IMG/VR virus record: IMGVR_UViG_3300037503_000005
Coordinates: 1-55,645 of that record
DNA: 55,645 nt
Source: a virus
Taxonomy: Duplodnaviria > Caudoviricetes
Strand: one strand, 5' to 3'
Part shown: positions 55,114 to 55,645 of the stretch, in pieces
Layout: every line of letters begins with the position of its first letter
Position numbering within the stretch: position 1 is the first letter of the stretch
Program-made: the position numbers and the translations under genes
Notes under the pieces: generated by a model
Seen by the model: only the letters and a program-made list of their open reading frames with translations
Told to the model about the DNA's origin: nothing
The model's database searches: none

Positions 55114-55518
55114 CTACTTAATTGATTTAATGGTAAACGGCGGCCTGATATTAACGTCGAATTCTGCCGATGCTTCTAATGCTGCCCTGACCATCTTTTC
55201 AGGCGTTGTGGTTCTGAGCGCATGCATAGCCCCCAGAGCTATTTGATCGGCGCAACCTATAGCCGCATACGGCGGGAGCGACATAGCCACGCCATAAGCG
55301 CTGTCAACCTGGAACAATCGCCCCTGATACCCAACAAGACACATGCCGTTTATCGTCTTACCCTCATTTTCGTCGTCAACTTCACAGCCGCCATCCTGCA
55401 TGGCTTTTCTTAGTGCCCTTGCAAACTTAACGACCATGTACTTTTCCACATCAAGGCGCGGGTCATGCTTTGGTAATTTAAGTTCATAGCAAACAATCTG
55501 ACACACGCGCTTTGAGCC
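55114..55518 (-). CDS. 3' part of HslV/proteasome-beta-like Ntn protease
   Basis: Full protein shows GGD, PKVF, GVSGS and AIGCA segments spaced as in HslV/beta subunits. Confidence 0.8.
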   Translation of the reverse strand, partial: GSKRVCQIVCYELKLPKHDPRLDVEKYMVVKFARALRKAMQDGGCEVDDENEGKTINGMCLVGYQGRLFQVDSAYGVAMSLPPYAAIGCADQIALGAMHALRTTTPEKMVRAALEASAEFDVNIRPPFTIKSIK

Positions 55519-55645
55519 GCTAACGCCGATAAGAAAATCACCCGCCTCAAAAACCTTTGGAGTTGCGCCTAACCGCAACGAGCCATCTTCTTGGGTAAAC
55601 GCAGCATCACCACCCATGAAGATTTGACCGCTCTTTGATATTGCG
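55519..55645. repeat. Terminal direct repeat (circular assembly overlap), copy 2
   Basis: Identical to 1-127. Confidence 0.97.

Noticed and set aside
55519-55645. Biological terminal repeat of the virion DNA
   Set aside because: 127 bp is a common assembler k-mer overlap and it falls mid-gene; it indicates circularity only
1-55645. Genome-wide stop-codon reassignment
   Set aside because: Large core genes are intact in the standard code, all three stops are used, and there is no suppressor tRNA

Overview
The window is a complete, circularly permuted ~55.5-kb tailed dsDNA phage genome with siphovirus-like morphogenesis genes. Bases 1-127 repeat exactly at 55519-55645, so the unit length is 55,518 bp. 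It carries packaging, head and tail modules, a lambda-O-like initiator with internal iterons, a Prim-Pol/SF4-helicase fusion, and a separate HTH-parA-rep cassette. I found no integrase, so it is probably a temperate phage-plasmid. The most unusual locus is the immunity region. A LexA-type self-cleaving repressor with a ribbon-helix-helix (RHH) DNA-binding domain sits opposite an RHH Cro. The repressor gene overlaps a photoactive-yellow-protein (PYP) homolog that keeps the chromophore-binding Cys and has an added N-terminal zinc finger, making it a candidate light- or ligand-sensing input into the lysis-lysogeny decision. Other notable items: a ~1-kb structured non-coding region punctuated by boxA-like motifs beside a variant initiator tRNA; several apparent recoding sites (SSB-to-GIY-YIG -1 frameshift, tail chaperone frameshift, ACG start for the tape measure gene); a minimal DpdA-like/QueF-like pair; a stand-alone receiver domain; and an HslV-like protease gene split by the contig ends. 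All family assignments come from motif recognition by eye, not from database searches.
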